A stretch of 64,000 nt of DNA from Squalus acanthias. Taxonomy: Eukaryota. The DNA is taken from positions 114,516,001 to 114,580,000 of the forward strand of contig CM059432.1 in NCBI GenBank assembly GCA_030390025.1, given 5' to 3'. Shown here piece by piece: positions 11,404 to 24,260 of the stretch; the first letter of the stretch is position 1, and each line of letters opens with the position of its first letter. Below the pieces are notes generated by a model, which had not been told where the DNA came from, did no database searches, and saw only the letters and a program-made list of their open reading frames with translations. The position numbers and the translations under genes are program-made.

Positions 11404-13510
11404 AGTGCAGCCCCCAAAGTCTCTTCTAAATCGATGCAAGGAAGGTCAAATCAAAATGAACCTGCAAAGTGCTGCTCAGTACCCAAAACTCCTTCACACA
11501 GCGTTGAATCTCTCCAGAAGTCTCTCTCTCTCTCTCAGAATGCGTGGTGCAAAAATGTTGCCGACAAAAAAAGGCAGGAAGCGGTCGCCTTTAAATAGCG
11601 CTCCCCCAGTCCCTTCCCGACTGCGAAACGCTCCCCTCAACCTTTCATTGCTAGCGGCAGACAATAAGGCAGGGGGCGCCACTCAATATCAGGTCCGGGG
11701 CGCTACCGGGGCGTTGCACGCTTGACTGACGTCACGATCTGTAGGCGCAGGAGATCGTGGCGTAGTGTTTAGCGCCGCCGCAAAATGTCTGGTCAATTTC
11801 GCGAGCGGTGCAAACATCGCCGCGCCCAGGTGCTAGTTGCTTTGCGCCCCATTAACGCCCTCTTAGGGAGCTAACGGGAGGCGCAAAGCAACCAAATTTT
11901 TCCCCCAAAGGATCTTGGCTCAGGAAAACAAAATGTAGAATCAGTTTGGGTGGAGCTAAGAAACAACAAGGGGCAGAAAACACTAGCAGGATTAGTCTAT
12001 AGGCCCCCGAACAGTGGTTGTAGTGTCGGGCAGGGTATAAATCAGGAAATTAGAGAGGCATGTAACAAGGGTAATACACTGATCATGGGGGACTTTATTT
12101 CTCATATAGACTGGGCAAGCCAAATCTGCAGAAATAGTGCAGAGGAAGAGTTCATGGAATGTATTCAAGATAGTTTTCTCGATCAGTATGTCAAGGAACC
12201 TACGAGGGAATTGGCTATTTTAGATCTAGTACTGTGCAATGAGACAGGGTTAATTAATAACCTTGTAGTAAAGGAGCCTCTGGGGAGCAGTGATCATAAT
12301 ATGATAGAATTTCATGTTGAGTTTGAGAGTGATTTAGTTAAGTCCGAAACTAGGGTCTTAAGCCTGAACAAAGCAAACTACGTAAGTATGAGAGGCGAGT
12401 TGGCTAAGGTAGATTGGGAAACTAGAGTAAAAGATAAGACAGTAGAAAAGCAATGGCAAACAATAAAGAAATAATTCATAATTCACAACGAATATACATT
12501 CCCTTAAGGAATAAAAACACCACGGGAAAAATGGTCCAACCATGGCTAACAAGAGAAATTAAAGCTAGTATTAGATTAAAGGAAGAGGTTTATAAGTTGT
12601 CAAAAAGAGTCGTAAGCCTGAAGATTGGGAGGATTTTACATTTCAGCAAAGGAAGGCCAAGAAATTGATAAAGAAAGGGAAAATAGAATGAGAGTAAACT
12701 AGCGAAAGACATAAAAAGACTGCAAAAACTTCTATAGGTATGTCAAAAGGAAAAGATTAGCGAAAGTAAATGTGGGTCCCTTACAGGCTGAGGCAGGAGA
12801 AATTATAATGGGGAATAAGGAAATGGCAGAGAAATTAAACAAATACTTTGTGTCTGTTTTCACAGAAGAAGCAAAAAACCTCCCGGAAATAGTGGAGAAC
12901 CAAGGTTTAGTGAGAATGAGGAACTGAAAGAAATTAGTATTAGTAAAAAAATAGTACTGGAGAAATTAATGGGACTAAAAGCCGATAAATCCTCTGGACC
13001 TGATGGCCTACATCCTAGTGTTTTAAAAGAGGTGGCTATAGAGATAGTGGATGCATTGGTTGTCATCTTCCAAAATTCCATAGATTCTAGAATGGTTCCC
13101 GCAGATTGGAAGGTAGCAAATGTAACCCCACTATTTAAGAAAGGAGGGAGAGAGAAAACGGGGAACTACAGACCAGTTAGCCTGGCATCAGTAGTAGGGA
13201 AAATGCTAGAATCTATTATTTGGGACGTGGTAACAGTGCACTTAGAAAATAATAATAGGATTGGGCAGAGTCAACACGGATTTATGAAAGGGAAATCATG
13301 TTTGACGAATCTGTTCGAGTTTTTGAGGTTGTAACTCGCAGAACAGATAACTCGCGGAACCAGTGGATGTGGTGTATTTAGATTTTTGGAACACATTCGA
13401 TAAGGTGCCACATAAGAGGTTATTAAACAAAATTAGGGCTCATGGGGATTGGGGGTAATATACTAGCATGGACTGACGATTGGTTAACAGACAGAAAACA
13501 GAGAGTAGGA

Positions 13511-14766
13511 TTTTGTTTGGGTTCCGCCAAGACCACTCCGCTCCCGACCTCATTACAGCCTTGGTTCAAATATGGACAGAGGAGCTGAATTCCAGAGGTG
13601 AGACGAGAGTGACTGCCCTTGACATCAAGGCAGCATTTGACCGAGTGTGGCATCAAGGAGCCCTAGTAAAACTGAAGTCAATGGGAATCGGGGGGAAAAC
13701 TCTCATACCTAGCACAAAGGAAGATGGTTGTGGTGATTGGAGGTCAAACATCACAGCCCCAGAACATCGCTGCAGGAGTTCCTCAGGGCAGTGTCCTAGG
13801 CCTAACCATCTTTAGCTGCTTCATCAATGACCATCCCTCCAACATAAGGTCAGAAACGGTGATGTTCGCTGATGACTGCACAGTGTTCAGTGCCATTCAC
13901 AACTCCTCAGATAATGAAGCAGTCCATGCCTGCATGCAACAAGACCTGGATGACATTAAGGCTTGGGCTGATAAGTGGCTGGTAACATTCGCGCCACACA
14001 AGTGCCAGGCAATGACTATCTCCAACAAGCGAGCGTCCAACCACCGCCCCCTTACATTCAACGGCATTACCATTGCCGAATCCCCCACCATCAACATCCT
14101 GGGGGTCACCATTAACCAGAAACCTAACTGGACCAGCCACATAAATACTGTGGCAACAAGAGCAGGTCAGAGGCTAGGTATTCTGTGGCGAGTGTCTCAC
14201 CTCCTGACTCCCCAAAGCCTTTCCACCATCTACAAGGTACAAGTAGGGAGTGTGATGGAATACTCTCCACTTGCCTGGATGAGGGCAGCTCCAACAACAC
14301 TCAAGAAGCTCGACACCATCCAGGACAAAGCAGCCTGCTTGACTGGCACCCCATCCACCACCTTAAACATTCACTCCCTCCACCACCGGCGTACCGTGGC
14401 TGCAGTGTGTACCATCTACAAGATGCACTGCAGCAACTCGCCAAGGTTTCTTCGGCAACACCTCTCAAACCCACAACTTCTTCCACCTATAAGGACAAGG
14501 GCAGCAGGCGCATGGGAACACCACCACCTCCAAGTTCCCTCCAAGTCACACCATCCTGAATTGGAAGTATATCGCAGTTCCTTCATCGTCACTGGGTCAA
14601 AATCCTGGAACTCCCTCCCTAACAGCACTGTGGAAGTACCTTCACCTCACGAACTGCAGCGGTTCAAGAAGGCGGCTCACCACCACCTTCTCAAGGGCAA
14701 TTAGGGATGGGCAATAAATGCTGGCCTTGCCAGCGACGCTCACATCCCATGAACAAATTTTTAAAA
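13511..14766 (+). mobile_element. 5'-truncated non-LTR retrotransposon (CR1/Jockey-group family distinct from its host)
   Basis: [41 protein letters not shown]; 3'UTR with AATAAA and an A/T tail; AGGA duplicated at 13507-13510 and 14767-14770. Confidence 0.88.
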
Positions 14767-14890
14767 AGGAATAAACGGGTCATTTTCAGGTTGGCAGGCT
14801 GTAACTAGTGGGGTACCGCAAGGATCAGTGCTTGGGCCTCAGCTATTCACAATCTATATCACTGATTTGGAAGAGGGGACCAAATGTAAT

Positions 14891-15635
14891 GGGCTGTATA
14901 TTCCGATCCCTACGGGTGTGTAAGGGCTGAGTACACACCCGTAGGGACATTGGAAATGCCGGTTTCAGGCATGCCAAGCGCATGCGCTGAAAACCGGCAT
15001 TTCCGATCTGTCAAGAATGCTCTTGACAGATCAGACGCCTGCCCCAGAGAAGGGCCTCCGTGGGTGGAGAGTTCCACTTTCTGGAGAACCTCCGCCCGCA
15101 GAAAACCCTTAGAAATCTTACGCCTGGTAAAAGCAGGCATAAGGCCTGCTTTTACCAGCATAAGAGTTGAAAAAAGTTTTTGTTTTAAATTTCACTCATT
15201 TATCATTTAAAATACTTTTTAAAAAAGCTCCGTTTATTTTTAGCCCCATAAAAAACTTTAATTATTTTTTTCAAAAATTTAAATTTTTGTTTAAAATATT
15301 TAATTTATTGTAATTTCAACCCGTTTTAAAAATGTGATTTAAATTTTTTTTTAATGTTTTACAATGTTTTTGGGGTAATCTCCATTCATATATTTGACAG
15401 GTCAAGTGTATGAAGGTAGATTCCCTTCTCCTATTGGTTCATCATGACCCACGTGATCCCAGGGACGCTTGTGAACCGCATGCGCCTCTGGAATACGTGG
15501 GCCCTGCACATTTCGAGTTGGAGAGGCCCAGGAACGGAAGTATACGCACTTCGGGAGCCCTCAGGTAAGTCCGTAGATTTTTTCCAGATCGGAGGCCTCC
15601 GCACGCAGGAAGCCTCTGATCGGAAAATACGGCCC
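14891..15635. mobile_element. Non-autonomous PIF/Harbinger element, family B (745 bp)
   Basis: 18-bp TIR GGGCTGTATATTCCGATC / GATCGGAAAATACGGCCC, AAT duplication, AT-rich centre; removing it restores CR1 'KCNISKF'. Confidence 0.88.
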
Positions 15636-15966
15636 AATATATCCAAGTTTGCTGATGATACAATGCTAGGTGGGAATGAAAGTTGTGAGGAGGATGCAAA
15701 GAGGCTTCAAAGGGATATAGACAGGCTAAGTGAGTGGGCAAGAACATGGCAAATGGAATATCATGTGGAGAAATGTAAAGGTAGGAATATTAGAAAAACA
15801 GAATATTTTTTAAATGGTGAGAGATTGGTAAATGTTGGTGTCCAGAGGGACCTGGATGTCCTTGTATACTAATCACTGAAAGTTAACATGCAGGTACAGC
15901 AAGCAATTAGGAAAGCAAATAGTATGTTGCCGTTTATTACAAGAGGATTTGAGTATAAGAGTAAAA

Positions 15967-16761
15967 GGGGGAAAAATTCTGTGTCGCCCATTTTGGGGCG
16001 CTAGTATCGGCTGGGCACAAAGTTTAGCGCCCAGCACTAATTATCGCCTCCGACTGCAAAATTTGCCTCTATCGCCCCTGGAGGTGATTTGAGCGCTAAA
16101 TCAGGCGCTACACACCTCTCTTAAGGCGCAAACGTCAGGGAGCGAGGCACTACCTCAGAACGCTACCAAAGCTCAGGCGATGCCAATTACCATGGAAGCC
16201 AGACAGACTGGCGCCGTCCAGTTCTTAAAGGGGAGGGGCCATCTTGCTGGCCAGCCACTCCCTGCTCATTGCAGCCTTGAATCTCGGCCTGGAGAGACCT
16301 CAAAAGCAATTGTCTTGGAAGCACTAATGGATAGGCCCAGGGAAAGAGCTCGGCGCATAGGAACCTCAAAAGTGGTGCTGAGGGCCACAACTCCTTAGGA
16401 CAGCGTTAAAACCAAAAATTTTGCTGACAAGAAAAGGCAGGAAGCGCCCTTTAAATAGCGCTCCCCAGCCCCTTCCCGACTGAAAACGTTCCCCTCTACC
16501 TGTCGTACCTAGCGGCAGGTGCTAAGGCAGGGGGCATGACTCAATATCCAGTCTGGGGCGCTACCGGGATGTTGCACGCTTGACTGACGTCACGATCTGC
16601 GGGCGCAGGAGATCGTGGCGGTAGTGTTTAGCGCCGCCGCAAAACGACTGGTCAATTTTGTGAGCGGCGCTAAAATTGCCACGCTCAGGCGCTTAGTTCC
16701 TAGCGCCCCATTAGCGCCCCCCCCCCGAGACTTACCGCTTACCAACCGATTTTTTTCCCCC
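15967..16761. mobile_element. Non-autonomous PIF/Harbinger element, family A copy 2 (795 bp)
   Basis: GGGGGAAAAAT / ATTTTTTTCCCCC ends, AAA duplication, homologous to copies 1 and 3. Confidence 0.85.
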
Positions 16762-17364
16762 AAAACGTCTTACTGCAATTATATAGGGCCCTGGTGAGAC
16801 CACACCTGGAGTATTGTGTACAGTTTTGGTCTCCTTACCTAAGGAAGGATATACTTGCCATAGAGGGAATGCAACGAAGGTTCACCAGACTGGTTCTTGG
16901 GATGGGGGGATTGTCCTATGAGGAGAGATTGAGTAGACTAGACCTACATTCTCTGGAGTTTAGAAGAATGAGAGGTGATCTCATTGAAACATACAAAATT
17001 TTTACAGGGCTTGACAGGGTTGATGCAGGGAGGATGTTTCCCCTGGCCGGGGAGTCTCGGACCAGGGGGTCTCAGTCTCAGAATAGGGGTCGGCCATTTC
17101 GGACTGAGATGAGGAGAAATTTCTTCACTCGGAGGGTGGTGAATCTTTGGAATTCTCTACCCCAGAGGGCTTTGGAGGCTCAGTCATTGAGTATATTCAA
17201 GACAGAGATCGATAGACTTTTGGATATTAAGGGAATCAAGGGATATGGGGATAGTGCAGGAAAGTGGAGTTGAAGTAGAAGATCAGCCATGATCTTATTG
17301 AATGGCGGAGCAGGCTCGAGGGGCCGAATGGCCTACTCCTGCTCCTATTTCTTATGTTCTTATG

Positions 17365-18408
17365 CAGGCAGACACAGAACTTGCCTTGAAAACACAGGGT
17401 ACACGAAAGTGACAGAAGTGAGAAAGGTTTTAATGTGCACAAGAGAACAAATATTTCCAAATCAAGTAATGTGACACCCAAGTATCAACCCGAAATGCTC
17501 TTTTTAGCCGATGGTTTCCTAGGTCTACCACTTCTACGAGGTGCAACCCCAGTGGCTTGAGCAGAGCTGGTGGTAGGCTGTTGTGCATCTTCCCGAGACT
17601 GCTGAGGTGCTCACAGCCGACGAGCTCTGAGTGCTAGAGGCCATGAGGGCCGTGCTCGACTGCTTGTCCTGGACTTCTGCTGGGACAGACTAGAGTTCAG
17701 GCATAATGTCGGCTACTGGTTGAGTGGGTGGCAATGGATGAGATGTGCTGACCTCCTGAGAGAGAGCTACATGTACTGCGACCGTTCAGCCAACATCCCT
17801 CCATTGGGGCAGCGGCACATTAGGCCTGCAGGAGAGCAGACTGGAGGACATGAGTGATGCCTGGTCTATCCTGGTCACCAGCTTCTCTAAGGTGGAACAG
17901 ACGTTGGAGACCAGAGTCGGTATTGTAGCCATTTGAGCCTCTATCAAGGCCGCAAAGGCTGGTTGCAGTGACTCCTGCTGTGAGGGCCCGACTGCAGTGT
18001 CCATGGAGGTGGCCATACGCTTTCAGGGTAGATTGCAGAGTTGCAAAAGCTCCCCTAGAATGGTGGAAGTAGACTCCTCCAGCCTTCCTGTCATAGTGGC
18101 ACCTCAGACATTTGTTCTTGTGCATCCAGCATTCTCCTTTTCATGGCTGGCCCTGCTGTTCTACATCTCTGTCCTGCTGAACCGGCACAGGCCCGATGGG
18201 CCAAATGGCCTCCTTCTGTGCTGTATGATTCTATGATTCTGATTTTAAGTAGGCCCCCGCCTGCCCGTAGTTGGAGCCTTGGCCGACTTGAAAGTCGGTG
18301 AAGGTGAAATGGTGCCGGGCAGGAACAGAGCTACCTCAGATCGGTAAGTGGACTTAACCCCTCCCACGCACCATTCTCGCTGGACGAGGGGGATTGAAAA
18401 TCGAGGCC
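17365..18408. mobile_element. Possible right half of a decayed autonomous Harbinger element
   Basis: Ends in a Harbinger-like TIR (TTGAAAATCGAGGCC); decayed coding-like sequence on the minus strand (17786-18016); lies directly after the CR1 that follows the transposase fragment. Confidence 0.4.
18180..18240 (+). mobile_element. CR1 3' tail fragment
   Basis: gatgggccaaatggcctccttctgtgctgt followed by (ATGATTCT)2. Confidence 0.75.
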
Positions 18409-18696
18409 AGAGTCTCTTTTCAAACTGTTATCTGCTCTGTTCACATGCTGACAACTGGCTGCATATTCTAAGCATGTTTTCCTCCCAAAAATAGACTAGA
18501 TGGCAGTTAATGGGATGAATTTAAAATGCAGGAACTAAGAATTGCAACTGAAACTTGCATTAAAATGTAAATAATAAAAGTGGACCCCACAATCCTGTTC
18601 TAAACTGGAGCAGTGATTGGTGTGATACAATTGGTGTCAGCCCCCCTGGCCTAGTTATCAGGAAAAGTGGAAGGAGGCAGAATTTGTACTCCTGAC

Positions 18697-18860
18697 CAAT
18701 GTTCCCTTTAAGCTGCGCGGCCGTGCGGCGCTCTGGATCCCCCGTGCAGCCGGCTCGCCGGCTTTTAAATGGAAAAAACGCGCAGGTGTGGAATTTTGAA
18801 TGGGCTGCGCAGCCTGTTAAAGGGACTCCGCGGCCCCCCAAAAAATTAGAGGGAACATTG
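18697..18860. mobile_element. hAT-type MITE (164 bp)
   Basis: 15-bp TIR CAATGTTCCCTYTAA and 8-bp target duplication CTCCTGAC / CTCCTAAC. Confidence 0.88.
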
Positions 18861-19524
18861 CTCCTAACCACTATCTGGTGAGCCTTGCTGGAAAGTGTAT
18901 GTGTGTGGACACTGAGTGAGGAGAGGATCAAGTGCACAATGCACAAGTATCTCTGCAGAGTGAGCATCTGTGCGTTTAGGATGAGTGCATTAATCTTTAG
19001 TGCAGAAGGAAAACAGATTATCTGAACACTGCCCGGCTGTACTCTTGCTGACACACATGCAGCAGTCAAAAAACAGAGCTGATAGCTAACACATTTCAAC
19101 CACTTAAAACCCCTTCCTCCCTGCAGCAGAAGAGAAAAACATGACATCCATAGATAAGGATAATAAAAAGTGTGCGGACCCGTCCACCATCGCTCCACTT
19201 ACTTTGATAATTGTACAGTATGCGTAAATTAGTATTACAGTGCATCTACCTCAAGAAATAAAGTAAACCAAATTGCACAATGCATCTTAAATGAAGCATG
19301 TGTAATCATCATCATCATGATCCCACATAAAAGGGATCATTTTTGCATATTCAGCTATTAAAAAGGTTAAATCACACAGCCGTCTGGAACAAAAACACTT
19401 GAAGGAGTACTACTGTTGCACATTTGAAAGACAATAGGGATAAGGCCAAAACAAGCTTTGGTACTAAACTCAATAGTCAAAAGGAAGACTTCACAGTAAA
19501 ACAGAAACAACACTGTAAAGCTAA

Positions 19525-19868
19525 TGCAGCAACTCGCCAAGGCTTCTGCGACAGCACCTCCCAAACCCACGACCTCTACCACCTAGAAGGACAAGGGCAG
19601 CAGGCGCATGGGAACATCACCACCTCCAAGTTTCCCTCCAAGTCACACACCATCCTGACTTGGAAGTACATCGCCGATCCTTCATCATCGCTGGGTCAAA
19701 ATCCTGGAACTCCCTCCCTAACAGCACTGTGGGAATACCTTCACCACACGGACTGCAGCGGTTCAAGAAGGCAGCTCATCACCACCTTCTCGAGGGCAAC
19801 TAGGAATGGGCAATAAATGCTGGCCTTGCCAGCGATGCCACACATCCCAGGAAAGAATAAAAAAAAAA
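19525..19868 (+). mobile_element. 3' fragment of the same LINE family as 13511-14766
   Basis: Closely matches ~14429-14760, including gggcaataaatgctggccttgccagcga and an A tail. Confidence 0.88.
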
Positions 19869-19977
19869 TTCTATGCCACATGCAACTTGTTTCGCCAAAG
19901 AAAACAGCTAAGGTTTTAAAAATGCTTTTATTTGCATTAAAAAAAAATTAAATTCTAGCGAGTGCAGTTCATCTTAC

Positions 19978-20021
19978 TCCGTATCTGTTTGCTTTACTGG
20001 TGATAATAGTCATTTTCTCAT
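19978..20021 (-). CDS. Candidate internal exon (44 nt; DEKMTIITSKANRYG) of an unidentified gene
   Basis: Minus strand: tttttttgtgatctgttaaccAG|...|GTAAGA; only one frame is open (phase 1 to 0). Confidence 0.25.
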
Positions 20022-20319
20022 CTGGTTAACAGATCACAAAAAAACTTTATTCTTGGAAATGTCAGTAAATTTAATATAAACATGTTGTTGATATCGAAAG
20101 TACAATTTACATGGAGTGTGTTATATAGTGAAAATAGAATCTGTACACGACAAATTGAAAATAGGGTGGGGGGGGAGGTGGAGAGGAGACTTCCTTATTC
20201 ACAGGTTAATTATTTTGTTACACATAGCTCACTCGGGAAATTATAATGATTGCCAGACTATTTGGTAAATGAATAAATAAGGCTGCTCTGAAAGCATTCT
20301 TTGCATTTTATGTAAATAA

Positions 20320-20560
20320 AAAGAAAATGAGCGCTGGAAATCTTAAATAAAAACAGAAAAGGCTGAAAGTGCACAACAGGATGTTCAACAACTGAAGAAG
20401 ACAGAAAGGACAGATTTTTAGGTGGGACTCTTCATCCGAACGGTTTCTATCTCTCATCAAAAGATTTGTGAATGATATGAAGGGTACTATGCCTAATTTT
20501 CTACTTCATTTCAAAGCAGACAAAATCTTATCTTTCTCTTTCAGATACTGACTGACCTTT
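20320..20560. repeat. Degenerate fold-back repeat related to 24893-25921
   Basis: gctggaaatcttaaataaaaacagaaaaggctgaaa and cagatactgactgacc resemble the arms of the better-preserved copy. Confidence 0.5.
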
Positions 20561-20561
20561 T

Positions 20562-21384
20562 GGGGACATTTTAACCCCAAAAAACGGGTGAGTTGGGGTC
20601 GGATGGGAGGTTAAAGAGTTAAAAACCTGAATCCCGACCCCCAACCCGCCTATTTCCGGTTTTAACTGAGGCGAGATTGGGGGGGGGGGGGCGCCGGCAG
20701 CCAACCCGCTCCCAGGAGGCGGGTCGTCCATTTAAATATTATAATGAGGCTGGCGGGTCTCATGGTGATCCACCATTTCAAATTTAACTCTGGCTGGCTG
20801 GGTTTCCCAGGCCTCGGGAACCCACCAGCTAAAGGGAGGCGAGGACTGCTGGATCCAGGAGGTAAGTGCCTTTACATTTACCGTGCTGGATCCAGCGTCC
20901 CAGCCTCACCCACCCCTGGCGATGAGACAACCCCCCCCCCCCCCCCCCCGACCCTCCAATCTTCCCCCGGCCTTTCCCCCCACCAGGCCTCCGATTCCCC
21001 CCTCCGGACTCTGACCTCTCCCTTCCGGCCCCTGATTTCCTTCCCCTCCGACCCCCGATGCTCCACCGGCTCCCGAACCCCCGATGCTCCTCCGGCTCCA
21101 ATCCTCCGGCCCTGTTTGTCCTCCAGCTCCCGACCGCCCCCTCCCTCCTCCCCCCCCCCCCCACCCGCCCCCGCCGATACCTAGCTCCCTCCTCTCTGCG
21201 GCCTAATGCCATAGGCATACCCACCTGACAGCCTCTCCATCTGGCTGGCTGCGGGTGGAAAACAGAGCTTTCATATGCTAATCAGGCCCTGCCATTAAAT
21301 TCGCAGGGCCCGCGGGAAACCCATTTTCCCGAGCGATTTCTAGCCCCCCTGCTCCCGACCCGCCTCCAGATTAAAATTCTGGCC
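20562..21384. mobile_element. Harbinger-like non-autonomous element, family C, with poly-G/poly-C tracts
   Basis: GGGGACATTTTAAC ... ATTAAAATTCTGGCC ends flanked by TTT; its right half recurs at 23341-23665. Confidence 0.7.
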
Positions 21385-21850
21385 TTTATATTTTCTTGTT
21401 TCCTTCGCTATAGTTATGGTTCACATGTTTCTCTACTTCACCTTATCACGTACTTTATGTCATGATAAGTAAGTGGAGCCTTTTTCTGTTGAAGTTATAG
21501 CACTGAAATCGCTTCTAGCCCTCCGAGTAAGACAAAGAAAAGCTGTTCCACACCAAAGCTGGACAGTAATTTGGTCTGATGGGGGAAAAAAAGTCAGGAA
21601 AGGGTTGAACTTCAAAAATCTTCTGAATTCCCACATTGAGGACATACGGCAGGGTCAATCAATTTATAATGTGTAATTTAAGCATCATTAACTAAAAACA
21701 TTTCAAGTACTAATTGAGTGGGTTGGGAGCAGCATTTCCACAACTATGATAACTTTAAGTGCTCCTAAACAATCTGCCATTTCAAAGGGCTAAAATGCAA
21801 CTTTTTTGATGAAAGTTCCAAAATGGGATACAAATCGTTTCATAGATTTT

Positions 21851-21909
21851 GAAATGATAAATGCAGGTGTACATTCAGAAATGATAAATGCAGGTGTACA
21901 TTCAGAAAT
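21851..21909 (+). repeat. Perfect 27-bp tandem duplication
   Basis: (gaaatgataaatgcaggtgtacattca)x2 + gaaat. Confidence 0.95.
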
Positions 21910-23138
21910 AATGCCCTTTGTGTCGAGATTTTGGAAGGAGGCGAAGGAGAAAAAAAACATTACTATATTAAATCATTCATCATGGATAACTGGATTTTAA
22001 ATAGATGACAAATGTTGCAGCCTCAGAAAGTTTCTTTTCCCTTTAATGCTGTCATACTACTCTTGTTATTAACAGCATTGCTGGAGAATTACCAATGATA
22101 GGAAGATTTCCTATTTTTTTAATGAATTTATAAACTCCTTTATAAAGAACACATTTACAATTTTGTTACACCTAGAACACAGTGAAAATTTTCCCCCATT
22201 GAATTTCTAATTTTGGCAGCAGTTATAATACCACATTTATTATGTCTAATTATAATGGGGTGAATCTTGCTGAAAATATAATGGCATGTTAATGATGCAC
22301 ACTGTTATAAATGGGCAAATCATTCAGTATATTCAGGGGATTAAGAGATATGCTGCTCTGCTGTTTGCTTCTCACAAATGGCATCTTGCCCATAGCTCCC
22401 CCATTATTTTTAAGAACTTGCTAGATTGGCACGTTAATTGCCCAGTAAACTCGCTGAAGAAAGTTAAAGCTGGAACTTAACAGCATAAGTACCTTTTTGT
22501 GACGTGATAATTGTTAATGCAATCCAAATCAATCTCTGACCCAGAAAGAGAACAATTTAAACTGTTCAATATCATTCCTGCATGTAGTCAATTGTTGCAG
22601 AGATTTTTAAAAAAGTCAAATTTCTAATTTTAAATTTTTACATTTTTTTCTTACTTTTCCTTTCTCATTTTTTCTCTCTCTCTTAATCCAATCTTTCTTT
22701 CCCTCTCTTTATTTCTCTTTCTGTACCTGATTTGACTCTAATTCACCCACCTTCTCCATCGTTCATCTGTTTCTTTCTCAATCCTTAAATCCCATTGGTT
22801 AAGGAGAGACACTGTTGGTCCCTCAGAGGCCTGAGAGGAGATAGTTGGCAGGCTTACTGCAGTGCGCAGAAGAAGATGGCTAAGCTTAAGAAAGTTGCCA
22901 AGGTAAAAGGTATCATTTACTAGGCAGATGCCCAAGTATGGTGCAAACTGTTGCCCGTCAACCTCTTTACTGCTGGCCCATGCCAAGCTCTCAGAGAACC
23001 TTACAGCTCTTCATTGTTTACCATGCATGCCTAAGCTCCAGCAAGGCACAAATTCAAGCCGCAACAGAACCTTTGGCACGCACCTTATAAGGGATTCACA
23101 CTGCAAATCAGTATAACATGAAGCATGGTCAGCTATTC

Positions 23139-24260
23139 ATAGAATTATAGAATGATACAGCACAGAAGGAGGCCTTTCGGCCCATCATCCCAGCTCTCTG
23201 GTCGAGCTATCCAACTAGTCCCACTCCCCCACAGCCCTGCAAATTTTTTTCCCGTCAAGTATATATCCAATTTCTTTTGAAATTTCCTATTAAATCGGCT
23301 TTCATCACTCTTTCAGGCTGTACATTCCAGATCACAACAACTCCTCCGGCCCCGATTGTCCACTGGCCTCCAACCACCCGCCCCGATGCTCCTCCAGCAC
23401 CCCCTCTCTGGCCCCGATCGTCATCCAGCCCCCAACCACCCCCGCCTCCCCACTTCTTCTCTGCAGTCTAGTGTCACAGGCCTACCCACCCGCAGCCAGC
23501 CAGCCTCCCAATCTGGCTGGCTGGGGGTGGGAAACAGAGGTTTCAAATGCTAATCAGGCCCTGCCGTTAGATTCGGCAGGGCCTGCGGGAAACTCACTCT
23601 CCCGGGTTTCCCGATCGCTTTCTAAACCCCCTCTCCCAACCCGCCTCCTGATTAAAATTCCGGCCTATGCCTCTATTGTAAAGCTAAAGTTCCCATATGC
23701 TTTTTTAACAGCTTTCTCAACTTGTCCTGCCACCTTCAAAGATTTGTGTATATACACCCACAGGTCTCTCTGTTCCTGCACCCCCTTTAAAATTGTTTCA
23801 TTTAGTTTATATTGCCTCTCCTCATTCTTCCTACCAAATATATCACTTCACAATTCTCTACATTAAATTTTATCTGCCACGTGTCTGCCCATTTCACCAG
23901 TCTATGTATTCCTTAATTCTGTTACTATCCTCCTCATTGTTTACTACATTTCCGAGTTTTGTGTCATCTGCAAACTTTGAAATTATGCCCTGTATACTCA
24001 AGTTCAGGTCATTAAATATCCAAAATAGCAGTGGTCCTAATACCGACCCCTGGGGAACACCACTGTATACTTCCCTCCAATCTGAAAAACAACTGTACAC
24101 CACTACTCTCTGATTTCTGTCCCTTAGCTAATTTTGTATCCACATTGCCACTGTCCCTTTAATCTCGTGGGTTTCAATATTGCTAACAAGTCTATTATGT
24201 GGTACTTTGTCAAATGTCTTTTGAAGGTCCAGATACACAACATCAACCACACTACCCTCT
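23139..24260 (-). mobile_element. CR1 fragments (3' tail and RT), internally deleted and interrupted
   Basis: Reverse-complemented tail (atagaattatagaatgatacagcacag) and minus-strand peptide [19 protein letters not shown]. Confidence 0.85.
23341..23665. mobile_element. Right-hand fragment of Harbinger-like family C
   Basis: Matches ~21090-21384 (gctaatcaggccctgcc..attaaaattccggcc). Confidence 0.75.

Larger units (their letters stand above)
6693..11906. mobile_element. Non-autonomous PIF/Harbinger element, family A copy 1 (interrupted by CR1 copy 3)
   Basis: Ends GGGAGAGAAATTCGGT / ACCAAATTTTTCCCCC, 3-bp AAA duplication; the body aligns by eye with 15967-16761 and 38433-39325. Confidence 0.85.
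5850..17364 (+). mobile_element. CR1 LINE (copy 2), split by four direct insertions
   Basis: Collinear pieces 5850-6692, 11907-13510, 14767-14890, 15636-15966 and 16762-17364 rejoin into ORF1 end + ORF2 + 3'UTR with a (TTCTTATG)n tail; many frameshifts. Confidence 0.9.

Noticed and set aside
18560..19198. 212-aa minus-strand ORF as a gene
   Set aside because: It reads through a hAT MITE and has no recognisable domain. A good acceptor exists at 19121-19140, so a terminal exon is possible but unsupported.
20744..21224. Proline-rich / glycine-rich ORFs
   Set aside because: Products of poly-C/poly-G tracts inside a MITE.
22257..22950. Old Harbinger-like element starting GGGGTGAATCTTGC
   Set aside because: No matching right TIR or target duplication could be fixed; likely a repeat, but boundaries are unsupported.
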